Origin: Takakia lepidozioides
Lineage: Eukaryota > Plantae > Bryophyta
Assembly: GCA_030704615.1 (NCBI GenBank)
Contig: CM060733.1
Span: 21,390,001 to 21,454,000 of the forward strand
Length of the DNA: 64,000 nt
Direction of reading: 5' to 3'
A program made the position numbers and the translations under genes. This document shows, in pieces, positions 63,501 through 64,000 of this stretch (within the stretch, counting starts at the first letter, position 1; the number at the start of each line of letters is the position of its first letter). A model generated the notes under the pieces. It did no database searches. It was not told where the DNA came from and saw only the letters and a list, made by a program, of their open reading frames with translations.

Positions 63501-64000
63501 TGAACCCGCTGCACACGAAGGGACTCCCAATCAACAAAACGCAGCTCGCTCTTGCACCCAGGCACCCCTGCGAGGGCTTTCAATTTTGGAATGACACTCG
63601 TTATCTCTTGCAATTCGGATTCATCCAAGAATGTAGTCTGCACTGGCGGAGGAATCTCAGAAACATCCTCCGAGGACGAGTCTGAAAGAGTCACGAATGT
63701 AGTGGATGTGCTCACCTCTTGTTTCACATGAACTGTGCCCTTTTGCTGCACGACCGATGCTGCAGTTCCAGGGGTAATGACTGATCCTGCTGATTGTCTT
63801 CTCTATTTTCCAAGGACACGGTATGTGCTTGGAAGGACTATCCACTTCCTTCCACACTCGCCAACCAATGGTTTCTCCAAATGTCCAGAATCCAAATTCC
63901 CATCCTCGTCATACACCTCTTTTTGAACAAGCAGAGAACCCAATTCCAGTGGGAACACTGTAACCAGCTCATCCTCATGAACAACTACAAACCCATCGTC
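60520..64000 (-). mobile_element. Mutator-like (MULE) DDE transposase with N-terminal WRKY/GCM1-like Zn domain and C-terminal SWIM finger; degenerate, 5' end outside the window
   Basis: DGHPWCRTKTSN..SVCVGHCKC..C..C..HMGAHEH; MFDHCKR (D1); FMADSAQAN (D2); CLFH (CxxH); CNLAETVHN (E); SWIM PTCTCPDF..PCKH. Intron 61924-62053; stops at 63212 and 62441; frameshifts ~61270 and ~60800. Confidence 0.82.

Overview
Eukaryotic, intron-containing plant DNA, most likely from a non-seed land plant such as a bryophyte. That is an inference from the PLS-class PPR remnant, the 4-exon XTH gene, TTTAGGG repeats and the transposon types. Host genes: a NEET exon 1 apparently spliced onto an EMB1417/At4g21190-like PPR gene, a SAM-methyltransferase C-terminal half, PLS-PPR and Mago nashi pseudogenes, an intact XTH (GH16), and a TIM13 copy with a broken splice acceptor. 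Roughly two thirds of the window is transposon-derived. One L1 LINE (about 12251-34209, AATTATA TSD) has been broken up and partly inverted, and it hosts a Crypton-like tyrosine-recombinase gene, an FCP1/NIF-phosphatase ORF, a CACTA end and two pieces of a Ty3/gypsy family. The standout is that this gypsy pol encodes a complete C5 cytosine DNA methyltransferase domain (motifs I, II, III, IV PCQ, VI ENV, VIII, IX, X) between protease and RT; this copy is degenerate. Also present: an internally deleted chromovirus with LTRs, PBS and TSD; a PIF/Harbinger MITE; a piggyBac-like TTAA MITE; an RTE/RTEX-like RT fragment; a GCM-like/MULE/SWIM transposase; and a conserved ~80-nt structured motif found twice, 40 kb apart. 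All family assignments come from motif recognition by eye, not database searches.
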